The position numbers and the translations under genes were made by a program. Shown in pieces: positions 9,800-17,603 of a stretch of 64,000 bases of DNA (positions are counted from its first letter, which is position 1; every line of letters starts with the position of its first letter). The notes beneath the pieces were generated by a model. The model was given only the letters and a program-made list of their open reading frames with translations, had not been told where the DNA came from and made no database searches. Origin of the DNA: a virus (lineage: Duplodnaviria > Caudoviricetes). The stretch lies in IMG/VR virus record IMGVR_UViG_3300025885_000002, positions 4,801 to 68,800 of that record. The stretch is one strand, 5' to 3'.

Positions 9800-12408
9800 T
9801 GGTTTGTGGCCGCCTTCTTTTGGTCCGATTTGATAACGACCAGGTCGCGCTCGTGAGACATCCGTCTGTCTTCGCGCTCCATATCGTGAGTGCGATCCTC
9901 AGCCCGTTGCCCTGATTCCTTGTTCGCTTGTTGATCCTGCTGCCCCTGCTGGAGCGCCAGCATTGGCCCCTGTGCTTGAAGCGCAAGCATTTGTTTTCGT
10001 CCAGCTTCGGCAGCTCCGGCCTGCTCGTGCTCTTGAAGTCTGAGGTGTACGGCTTCATTTACCGTTGGATCTACGCGCCTGGCCTCATCTCCCTTGAGCC
10101 AGTTGACATAGAACGCATAGTGAACTTCGTGGGCATCGACGGCTGAATCAATCGGAACCATCTGACACAGCAATTCGGCCGCATTGGGAGGAGCAGGAGG
10201 AGCCATCACCGGCTGTCCCGTCGGACCACCTAAGCCCCCCAGCTGCTGCATACCCGGCGGCGCTATTTGATCGGGAGACATTCCCGGCTGAGGCACTCCC
10301 TGTGCGCTCATCAGATCCGGAGCTATCTGCTGGGCAAGCTCCGCAACCATCCCGGCCATCTGCTGTGCCTGAGGTGCGAGCCTCTTCATGTCTTCGATTC
10401 GACGGCGCGCGTTCTGGACGTCCAGAGTAAAATCATCCAGCTGCATATCCACGCCGCCAACATCGAGAATGTACTGTCGCCACTTCGCGGGCGCCTGCGG
10501 ATTCAAGACCATCCCACCGCCGACATCGAGTGCCCACATCAGATTCGCTCTACGTCTCGCGTCGTCCTTTGGCGCATAGGAGCCCTTACCAAAACTTAGA
10601 TCGATGTCACCATCGAGATCCGCGCCCTTCAGGTACTTGCCGGCCAGATCCCCGGCCTGTCCATTGATCGGTATCCAGCGTTCTTCGGTTGCGTTCTGGC
10701 GAAACAACTCAATCCCAATCAGGTGCAGCCGCTTATATGCATAAGCGCGCAGGGCAAACTCAGGCAGGCGCTGGGTCTGAGCATTCGAGTTGATCAGCTC
10801 CATCCCGCCCTTGGTCTCTGCGCCGCCGGTCACATCGCTACTTGGATCACCTATCATCGTCCCGGTAGCGGCTAGGCACTGCTGCATTTCTCCGTCAGCG
10901 GTGCTCATCATCGCCATGACCGACTGATCCAAAGGAACCGGATCAGCTACGTGATGGAGATTGGAGAGAGGAATCTTGTAATCCAGCCCCTTGATATGGC
11001 CGATATAGCCAGGCTGTCCGGTGAAGTCGCCTTCCTTGATTGGATCGCGTGTCCACTGAGGGCGCGCTGCGTTGTGCTTCCAGGCACCTACGGCATACGA
11101 TCGAGACTCGTTGTACTCCTGGGCCGGCCTGATGATGTCTTCGGAGCCATCGCCGTCTGTTCGGTTGGGAATGTGCTTGTCTTTGAGCTGGACCCAATGC
11201 TCCGGAAACGTATCGCTCCAGATGTCCAGAACGTCGCGGCCGCCAAAGAGTACATACATCCCCTTGGGGTGCATTTCGCCTAACTGCGTGTTCGCGGGAA
11301 TGCTACTGCCGTCCATCAAAGGTACGTCGGCTGGTAACACTTCTTCGCCGTACAGTTCAGGCTGAAACCAGAATTGCCGAATCAGAGTCCGTTTTGCGCT
11401 CGAGGATCGCCAACGCCCACCAAATGACCCGCCCGTGTTCCCCGTGCCAGCCTCGAGTAAATCCGCTCCGCTCCGATCATAGGTGCCCGTGGAATCGTTG
11501 TTGACTGGAACCTTCCACTGCGGAAAGAGCTTTTGAAGTATTTCAACCCTCATGCGGCGTTGACGTTCACACCAGAGCCCGAGTTCGAACCGCGGCGCCG
11601 TGCGATCGTAATTCACCTGTAAGCTCGGCACCACATCAATGCGAAAGTCCCCCGCGCGCTTCTTTCCGACTACCCCAAACGTCGGCAGCGTCATCGGTGG
11701 AATCTGATCCTCACTGAGCGCCTGAGAACCGCACCCTGGACAACCCCCAGCTTGGGCAACATCCTGCTCGTCTCCAGAATCGCCACATCGAAGACAGGTA
11801 AAGACGGAGCCGCCCGGCATATAGTCGGTCTGGGTGACCCCGAGTTCATCGACCATTGGGCCAGCCTTTACGTCCCAGTAGCCGTAGAAGAAGACCTGTC
11901 CAAAGAACCGCTTCTGCTTGTCTTCATCGGTGATGAATTCTTCGGTGAAAATGGACTGCTCGTGATAGTCGACGATTGCCCGGGCTGATAGAGCGGCGAG
12001 TTCAGATCGATCATCATCTCTCGTCGCGATCGCCCTAAGATCAATGCGGGACTGAAAGGTCTGAGCCGTAACAGCATCGCAATATCTCCTGATCTTGTTA
12101 TGCGGATACCAGGCCGAGGCCTTCCCAGTCTTCTTCTTGTCCCCCATTGCATACCCGGGCCTGCTCATCCATGCGCCCGAGGTTGGGTGGAAGTCGCCGT
12201 AGTCACCCTCGTACATCTTCTGCATTCTCACGCCACGACGGTGGAGCCTGATCACCCGCTCCCTATCTTCAGACTCGAGTCGTTCGGCGAGAGAGCGCAG
12301 GAGATCCAGTAGTGGACGGGAAGGCTCTAAGGTGCGGGAGTTCTCGAAAGTAGCGCTTGGGGTAGCTGATCCCGGTTCGTGACCGAAGACCAGCGGGGAT
12401 GTGCTCAT
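9796..12408 (-). CDS. Portal protein (P22-like, with long Gln/Pro-rich C-terminal extension)
   Basis: 870 aa between terminase and scaffold; HNKIRRYCDAV, late helical barrel-like region, AVDAHEVHY...WLK motif; contains CxxC-CxxC insertion. Confidence 0.85.
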   Translation of the reverse strand: MSTSPLVFGHEPGSATPSATFENSRTLEPSRPLLDLLRSLAERLESEDRERVIRLHRRGVRMQKMYEGDYGDFHPTSGAWMSRPGYAMGDKKKTGKASAWYPHNKIRRYCDAVTAQTFQSRIDLRAIATRDDDRSELAALSARAIVDYHEQSIFTEEFITDEDKQKRFFGQVFFYGYWDVKAGPMVDELGVTQTDYMPGGSVFTCLRCGDSGDEQDVAQAGGCPGCGSQALSEDQIPPMTLPTFGVVGKKRAGDFRIDVVPSLQVNYDRTAPRFELGLWCERQRRMRVEILQKLFPQWKVPVNNDSTGTYDRSGADLLEAGTGNTGGSFGGRWRSSSAKRTLIRQFWFQPELYGEEVLPADVPLMDGSSIPANTQLGEMHPKGMYVLFGGRDVLDIWSDTFPEHWVQLKDKHIPNRTDGDGSEDIIRPAQEYNESRSYAVGAWKHNAARPQWTRDPIKEGDFTGQPGYIGHIKGLDYKIPLSNLHHVADPVPLDQSVMAMMSTADGEMQQCLAATGTMIGDPSSDVTGGAETKGGMELINSNAQTQRLPEFALRAYAYKRLHLIGIELFRQNATEERWIPINGQAGDLAGKYLKGADLDGDIDLSFGKGSYAPKDDARRRANLMWALDVGGGMVLNPQAPAKWRQYILDVGGVDMQLDDFTLDVQNARRRIEDMKRLAPQAQQMAGMVAELAQQIAPDLMSAQGVPQPGMSPDQIAPPGMQQLGGLGGPTGQPVMAPPAPPNAAELLCQMVPIDSAVDAHEVHYAFYVNWLKGDEARRVDPTVNEAVHLRLQEHEQAGAAEAGRKQMLALQAQGPMLALQQGQQDQQANKESGQRAEDRTHDMEREDRRMSHERDLVVIKSDQKKAATNQ

Positions 12409-12797
12409 TAAGCGTAGCTCAGGGAGCTGGATCTGTGCTGGAACCGCTCCCGCCCTAGATCACGCAGGCGGAGGTTGACTATCTGCATGTCTATCACGCG
12501 ATTGTTCAAAAGGAGCTGACCAGCACGGATACCTTCGCGGGTCAAACTTTCCTCGCAGTGTCCAACGACCTCGGCGGATAAGGCCTGCGCGATCGTCGCT
12601 AGAATCTGAGACGGAGCTGGCAGCGAGAACGAGGCTTCCAGTGAGACCATTTGTAAGTCGAGATCCTTAGTGCTGCGGCCTTCCCATAGCACTGATCCTG
12701 TAAGTGAGAGTTGATAACCGAGCCGCTTACATACCGGCATCAGTTTACGGATAACCGGAAGCGCCTCGTCTAGTGTCCACGGATCGCGGTTGCTCAA
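12408..12797 (-). CDS. Minimal Pol-beta-superfamily nucleotidyltransferase
   Basis: LTGSV...KDLDL (GS plus DxD) and a distal third Asp in RVIDM. Confidence 0.7.
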   Translation of the reverse strand: MSNRDPWTLDEALPVIRKLMPVCKRLGYQLSLTGSVLWEGRSTKDLDLQMVSLEASFSLPAPSQILATIAQALSAEVVGHCEESLTREGIRAGQLLLNNRVIDMQIVNLRLRDLGRERFQHRSSSLSYA

Positions 12798-13192
12798 CTT
12801 GGTGGCCCCTCCCTTTCCGTCGATGAATACCGCGCCGACAAGGCCGCAAGCCGCTTGTCAGCAGCGTCCAGCAACTCCCTTGCCCCCGGTGAGCCTGTTT
12901 CTACCAACTCGACCAGTTCCAGATACTCATCCTCGTTCTCTACAGCGCGGTCAATGATGCGCTGATTCTCAGCCAGGATTTCATTCTCTCGCCAAGCATC
13001 AGAGTCGTCGGGGACGTTAGGATCAACCTTGACCGCAGGCCTGTCAGGCTCAGAAAAAACCGGAGATTCGCCGCGGCCACGAACGATCGCATCTATCAGC
13101 TTGGCATTCTGCTCTCGCTGGTAGAGGATCTCAGCTTCGCGGTCGAAGAGTGCTGCCGTTTTGGGGAAGAGTAGGCGTTGCCAGAAAGTCAT
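12794..13192 (-). CDS. Hypothetical protein
   Basis: 132 aa, overlaps the NTase start, begins just downstream of the tRNA. Confidence 0.65.
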   Translation of the reverse strand: MTFWQRLLFPKTAALFDREAEILYQREQNAKLIDAIVRGRGESPVFSEPDRPAVKVDPNVPDDSDAWRENEILAENQRIIDRAVENEDEYLELVELVETGSPGARELLDAADKRLAALSARYSSTEREGPPS

Positions 13193-13199
13193 AAAGGGG

Positions 13200-13276
13200 T
13201 GGGCGCAGCGACGGGAGTCGAACCCGCTATCCCTTGGTTATGAGCCAAGGATGATTTTCCGTTTCACTCCGCTGCA
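13200..13276 (-). tRNA. tRNA with CAT anticodon (Met/fMet/Ile2 unresolved), CCA encoded
   Basis: Hand-folded cloverleaf: acceptor TGCAGCG/CGCTGCG, D stem GTGA/TCAT, anticodon stem CTTGG/CCAAG with loop CTCATAA, T arm GCGGG-TTCGACT-CCCGT, 3' CCCA. Confidence 0.85.
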
Positions 13277-13282
13277 ACTTCT

Positions 13283-13669
13283 CTACGCCTGAAACGCGAA
13301 CGATCCTGAGGTTGTACTCGCGACCGTATCGGGAGCGGTCAATGCCGCTACTGCAGCCAGCAGGTTCGGTATCCGCGACCCCGAGGACTGGCCCGAGGCT
13401 GTCGCCACCATCGCATTGGTGATAGCCGCAACGTTCGAGTCGGCCGCCCGGTCCAGCACTTTGAGCGCTTGGCGGATGATGTTCTCCGTCTCCGCATTCA
13501 CCGCCGGCGGAACGTGAGCGACGATCGCCGCCCGCATCTGTGCGTAGGTCGTGATGCTGGCCATATCCGTCTCAGTAAGACAGCCGTAGTCACGTAGGTG
13601 ATTCAGCCAATTGACGGCCTGTTTGGCATACGTTGTTTCGTCGGAATACGTTAGAGTTTGATCTGGCAT
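13283..13669 (-). CDS. Hypothetical protein (Ala-rich, possibly virion-associated)
   Basis: 128 aa between terL and the tRNA; AGGAG SD upstream. Confidence 0.7.
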   Translation of the reverse strand: MPDQTLTYSDETTYAKQAVNWLNHLRDYGCLTETDMASITTYAQMRAAIVAHVPPAVNAETENIIRQALKVLDRAADSNVAAITNAMVATASGQSSGSRIPNLLAAVAALTAPDTVASTTSGSFAFQA

Positions 13670-13677
13670 AAGTCCTC

Positions 13678-15690
13678 CTAGTAATCTTGCGTTAGGTAGT
13701 GCCCGGTTCGGCCGGCCTCGTCGAGCTCTCGCTCTCGATTGATCAGGCTGGTTTGAATGATCGACGCGATCCGTTCCTCGGAAACATCATTGCGGCTTGC
13801 CCTCTGCAGTTGAGCATCAAGCCTCCGCTCCCACTTCAACAGCAGTCGCTCTTCGGCGGTCAGCGGCTTAATAAGCGGCACTCGATCCCCAGCAAGAGCC
13901 CGGTCACAGTCGACCATGTCATCGTCCCGCTTCGGGGCATCTTTCTTTGCGTCGCCCTGAGCGGTGTCCGGCTTCCGATAGTTGGGGTACTCAAAACGCG
14001 TTCTCGCCTGTCCGCGTTCATCGGTAGCCGGCGTCGCCTTCAGTTCACCGGTGGCCTCGTCGACATAGAGTTCGCCCTGTCCGTCGGCGACAATGAAGAA
14101 TGCGCCAGTGGGACAACCTCGGAGCCGCTGGCCCTCATCGGGATGCCCGATCGGATATCGACGGAAGGGGTGCGCCAGGGACTCGTCGATTTTCAGGATG
14201 TTCTGCATATGCAGAATGCCTTCTCGGGCTTGCGACGTGTCCACTGATTGAAAGTACAGTGGATCCCGACCTGTTTCTGGTAGATCAACGGCATAGCCCC
14301 TGATGATCTCTGGCCGTTCGTGGCTTGCCCTGCGCAAGAGCACCCGATCGCCTTCGCTCCATCGCTGCTCGACGTCCTGAATTGCCTTCCCAACCTGAAC
14401 GGCAGATGGGCCCACTCGATCGTCAGCCTCTACTGCCGGGAATCGCGGCCAGCACATCTCGCGATAGAAAAATAGCCACTTGGATAAAGGCATTCCCTCA
14501 GAGGGCTGCCACACCCAGCGATTCGCACATGGATGCTTTGGGTTGTTCCCCCAGTCCTGAGCCATCGCGATGTCGCCAGTTCCAGGAAGTTTAGGCTTTC
14601 CACTGGCATCAAAGAGATCCCACTCAATTGCGTGCTTCTGCTGCGCGAAGAATCTCACAAACTCAGACCAGGTGATGATGTGAAAAACCTCATCCCACAT
14701 GGGATAGACGGCATCCGGGTAAGCCTTATCGGTGTTGTGCTGATACTCACGCTCCCACTTGTCCATCCCGACGATATTGAGCGTACCCTCGCAAGCAGGG
14801 AGCGGCATCCCGCCCCAAGTTGGGACTCCCTTCTCGATCACCCAATAGTTGTCGACCCGCTTGTAAGCCGGCTTTCTGACTGCAGGAATCGGACCGATCA
14901 CTTTGCGATCTGAAAGCACGTCGGTCTTTCGAGTGAGGATGCGATTCAGGACCGAGTCCCGATGGATTACGTTCTGATCGAAGATCACTACGCAGTCAGA
15001 CGAGCGCGTGCCGAATACCGACGCGGCCAAAGCGTCAGCCAACGTATCGACCATCCCGGGACTATCGTGCTCGTCGTCGATGTCCGTAACCCAGATGAAG
15101 TCCGGCCGATACTCTTCGTGTCCGACTCCGCGCTGTGCCGCCATCAGGCTGAAGTTCTGAAGTGTCCACCCCTCATCCGTGGTTAACTGTGTCCGGTTCC
15201 AAGCCGCCTGGATGTGTCGATTCCCCACCTCGTGCACCTGAGGTTTGGCCATCCTCGGGTAGTAGAGTCCCACGTTCGACGCAAGAAGCATCGCGTTGAC
15301 TCGCTTGATGTGAGTGTCGCCTTGCCCGTCGGTCCGAGTAATCACCAGGCCGAACTTGCGCCGACCCATGGCACCCAACGCCACGGCCAGGCCAGCGGCT
15401 GAGGTTGACTTGTTTCCAGCGCGATTGACAATCCAGAGACACGCAGGAGGCGAAGGCAAAACGCCGCGCTGAATCGACCAGCCCCAGCCAAAGAACTCAT
15501 CGTGATGCTGGGCGAATTGCTCATTGCTCGCTGAGCGAAAGTGCTTTGGAAGGAGCTCGGAGAGCCATAGCCGGTAGTTCGATTCGAGCTCTGGAAGAGA
15601 GTAGCGACGACCCATGCCCGCGTTGTACGCAGCGCCAATCATTCTCGCCTCGTGTTCCCAATCGGGATTGAGATTAGCCGATCTTTCCAA
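13678..15690 (-). CDS. terL: Terminase large subunit
   Basis: Variant Walker A NRAGNKST, Walker B FIWVTDIDD, RNase H-like AQDWG ... DDMVD; follows terS. Confidence 0.9.
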   Translation of the reverse strand: MERSANLNPDWEHEARMIGAAYNAGMGRRYSLPELESNYRLWLSELLPKHFRSASNEQFAQHHDEFFGWGWSIQRGVLPSPPACLWIVNRAGNKSTSAAGLAVALGAMGRRKFGLVITRTDGQGDTHIKRVNAMLLASNVGLYYPRMAKPQVHEVGNRHIQAAWNRTQLTTDEGWTLQNFSLMAAQRGVGHEEYRPDFIWVTDIDDEHDSPGMVDTLADALAASVFGTRSSDCVVIFDQNVIHRDSVLNRILTRKTDVLSDRKVIGPIPAVRKPAYKRVDNYWVIEKGVPTWGGMPLPACEGTLNIVGMDKWEREYQHNTDKAYPDAVYPMWDEVFHIITWSEFVRFFAQQKHAIEWDLFDASGKPKLPGTGDIAMAQDWGNNPKHPCANRWVWQPSEGMPLSKWLFFYREMCWPRFPAVEADDRVGPSAVQVGKAIQDVEQRWSEGDRVLLRRASHERPEIIRGYAVDLPETGRDPLYFQSVDTSQAREGILHMQNILKIDESLAHPFRRYPIGHPDEGQRLRGCPTGAFFIVADGQGELYVDEATGELKATPATDERGQARTRFEYPNYRKPDTAQGDAKKDAPKRDDDMVDCDRALAGDRVPLIKPLTAEERLLLKWERRLDAQLQRASRNDVSEERIASIIQTSLINRERELDEAGRTGHYLTQDY

Positions 15691-16345
15691 GCTCTTTGAC
15701 CTCGGGAATATGTGGCGCCAGATACTCTCTCGCCTGCTCCTCGTTGGCGCCGGTTCGCTCCATAAACTGCTTCACCGCAGCGTCGATCCGAGCCTGCTCG
15801 TCGTTAGGATTCATCGCCGGCTGTTTCTCGATTCCCATAATCCGCGAGAGCTGGACGCCGGCTTTGAACGAATCGTGCAGTTCGACTTCGGTGACTTCGA
15901 CTGGCTGCTCGACCTCGCCCGTGCGCTCCACATAGCGCCGCGTTCTAATTTTCTTGATCAAGTGGCCAAGCTTTCGGTCCCTTAGCGTGGCGACGTCAAG
16001 GTGACCGCCCTCGGTTAGGATCTCAGTCACGTCGGCGCGAAGATGCGAAGTTAGCACTCCGATCACTTCGTTCGGCGTAAGCGATAACGCGTCCTCAAGC
16101 CGCGCCTGGATACGTTCCCGCACTTGGCGAGTCCGGATCAGCCTGTGGGCATACACTCCCAACGCGTTGTCGTCTCCCGCGAAACCGGCCATCCGGGCCG
16201 CTTCTGTGCCGTTGCCCTTTGCGTCGCCGAGTAGGAAGCGCCAGAACAGCTCGACCTTCAGACTTTCCTCGGGCGCGGGTTTCGCACCATTGCCGTTGTC
16301 GTTGCCGTTTTTTCGCCCATTGGTTTTGCCGTTTTTTGCGCTCAT
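15674..16345 (-). CDS. terS: Terminase small subunit
   Basis: GNGTEAARMAGF...AHRLI HTH motif typical of TerS; ELHD motif; overlaps the terL start. Confidence 0.88.
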   Translation of the reverse strand: MSAKNGKTNGRKNGNDNGNGAKPAPEESLKVELFWRFLLGDAKGNGTEAARMAGFAGDDNALGVYAHRLIRTRQVRERIQARLEDALSLTPNEVIGVLTSHLRADVTEILTEGGHLDVATLRDRKLGHLIKKIRTRRYVERTGEVEQPVEVTEVELHDSFKAGVQLSRIMGIEKQPAMNPNDEQARIDAAVKQFMERTGANEEQAREYLAPHIPEVKELGKIG

Positions 16346-16671
16346 AGGTCCGGTTGGAAAGTAGCGAGACTCATAATCCGCAGCCAGAGAAAGTGCACTA
16401 CGCGCAGTGCGTATTCGTCTGCATTCGGAGGCGTGACAACCTCGAATCGAAGGCCGTCAGTGACGGGAAAAGCCCTCAGCCACTTACACACCCGGCCGAC
16501 GTTGGACTTCGACACCCGGATAAGCTCCAGATCGCGATAAAGCACGAAGTTACCGACAGATACGGTGTGGGGCGCTCCGTTCGGAAGGACTACTGAAAAG
16601 TGTTTTTGGGAATGCAGTGGCATCAATTGCGCCGGCCCGACGCGGAAACGGTTGCGTGTTGAAAGCGTCAC
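16342..16671 (-). CDS. Hypothetical protein, first gene of the presumed late operon
   Basis: GTG start, ATGA overlap with terS. Confidence 0.55.
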   Translation of the reverse strand: MTLSTRNRFRVGPAQLMPLHSQKHFSVVLPNGAPHTVSVGNFVLYRDLELIRVSKSNVGRVCKWLRAFPVTDGLRFEVVTPPNADEYALRVVHFLWLRIMSLATFQPDL

Positions 16672-16682
16672 GAACCGTGGCG

Positions 16683-16712
16683 ATGATAGAACAGCAGCCC
16701 GGTTAATTGCAA
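16683..16712 (-). promoter_or_regulatory. Putative late promoter
   Basis: Minus strand TTGCAA-18 nt-TATCAT just upstream of the packaging operon. Confidence 0.5.
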
Positions 16713-16719
16713 GGAAAAT

Positions 16720-16743
16720 TTAGGGGTGCCATTGGGGGTGCCA
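16720..16743 (-). repeat. Tandem direct repeat TGGCACCCC x2 with 12-bp period, upstream of the -35
   Basis: ggggtgcca at 16723-16731 and 16735-16743. Confidence 0.75.
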
Positions 16744-16777
16744 GTCTTGAACTTAGGTTTTCTTACAGGCAAAGCGC

Positions 16778-16930
16778 TCACCTCAAGCACCATCTCGCGA
16801 TCGCGCGCGCAAGTTCAAAAACACCCCGCAGAGTAATCACCGATACTGCTGTAGAAATAAAAATCAGGAGCGGGCAGCCGCATCCTCGGCGAAGTACGCT
16901 GCCCGACGTCTCGGGGATGTCGTCGTTCAC
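16778..16930 (-). CDS. Small membrane peptide (50 aa)
   Basis: GTGA overlap with the upstream stop; hydrophobic LLIFISTAVSVITL segment. Confidence 0.45.
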   Translation of the reverse strand: MNDDIPETSGSVLRRGCGCPLLIFISTAVSVITLRGVFELARAIARWCLR

Positions 16931-17091
16931 TGCACCCACACAATCCTCGTCGCCTTCCTCAGCCGCACGAGTCTCGATTCGCAACTCGGACACCAACCGG
17001 TGAGGCTCGCCAGATCCGCAGTCGCGATCGTGTAGGGCGTTCCACAACCGCGGCAGCGAAGCGTGAGTTTGAGTGGGCGACGGATTCGCAT
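16927..17091 (-). CDS. C4 zinc-finger protein (54 aa), candidate late-gene activator
   Basis: CRGC...CPSC; ATG one base after the upstream TAA; the ORF-track start at 17256 is probably too long. Confidence 0.6.
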   Translation of the reverse strand: MRIRRPLKLTLRCRGCGTPYTIATADLASLTGWCPSCESRLVRLRKATRIVWVQ

Positions 17092-17092
17092 T

Positions 17093-17263
17093 TTAGTCTG
17101 CAGCTCCTGGCTCGATTCCGAAGGGCGAATTATCGAGGGCGCTCTGTTCGTCCTCACGGGCCTCGTCTTCCTCTGCGCATCGAGCGATCCAGTCCTGGCA
17201 TACAGGACAATTCGCGACGCGGTGAATGTCGTCGGAGTCGTAAACGTGATTCTCACTGCTCAT
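17093..17263 (-). CDS. Small acidic CxxC protein (56 aa, MSSENHVYDSDD...)
   Basis: Translated by hand; strong AGGAGG SD; below the ORF-track length cut-off. Confidence 0.6.
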   Translation of the reverse strand: MSSENHVYDSDDIHRVANCPVCQDWIARCAEEDEAREDEQSALDNSPFGIEPGAAD

Positions 17264-17603
17264 ACAATTCCTCCTGCTGCGGCTCGAATTCGTCCGGGAT
17301 ATTCAAGCCCAGTACCCCGTCTGTTTTCGCTCGCACTTCGGAGTAGTGCCCGGGATCGAACGCACACTCGAGCGCCCAATGATTCTTTGGCCGGCGATCG
17401 AAGACTCTTACACTCGTCACCGGGTTACAGACCGGACAGCGTTCGGTCAGCACCACGAATAGGCCGTCTTTGTGCTCGCTCACCAGGTCCTTCAACTCAG
17501 GCTTCATTCCGCGAGGGCCCATCACTCGCCCGTCTTTTACTCGAAGCTCCACGCCGTGACGCTGCAGATGAGCCAGGATCGAATGCATCTCGGTTGTTTC
17601 CAT
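17253..17603 (-). CDS. Primase-associated small protein (TubC N-terminal docking-like plus CxxC)
   Basis: ILAHLQRHGVELRVKDGRV...ELKDLVSEHKDGL pattern; TGATG coupling to the primase-helicase. Confidence 0.6.
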   Translation of the reverse strand: METTEMHSILAHLQRHGVELRVKDGRVMGPRGMKPELKDLVSEHKDGLFVVLTERCPVCNPVTSVRVFDRRPKNHWALECAFDPGHYSEVRAKTDGVLGLNIPDEFEPQQEELYEQ

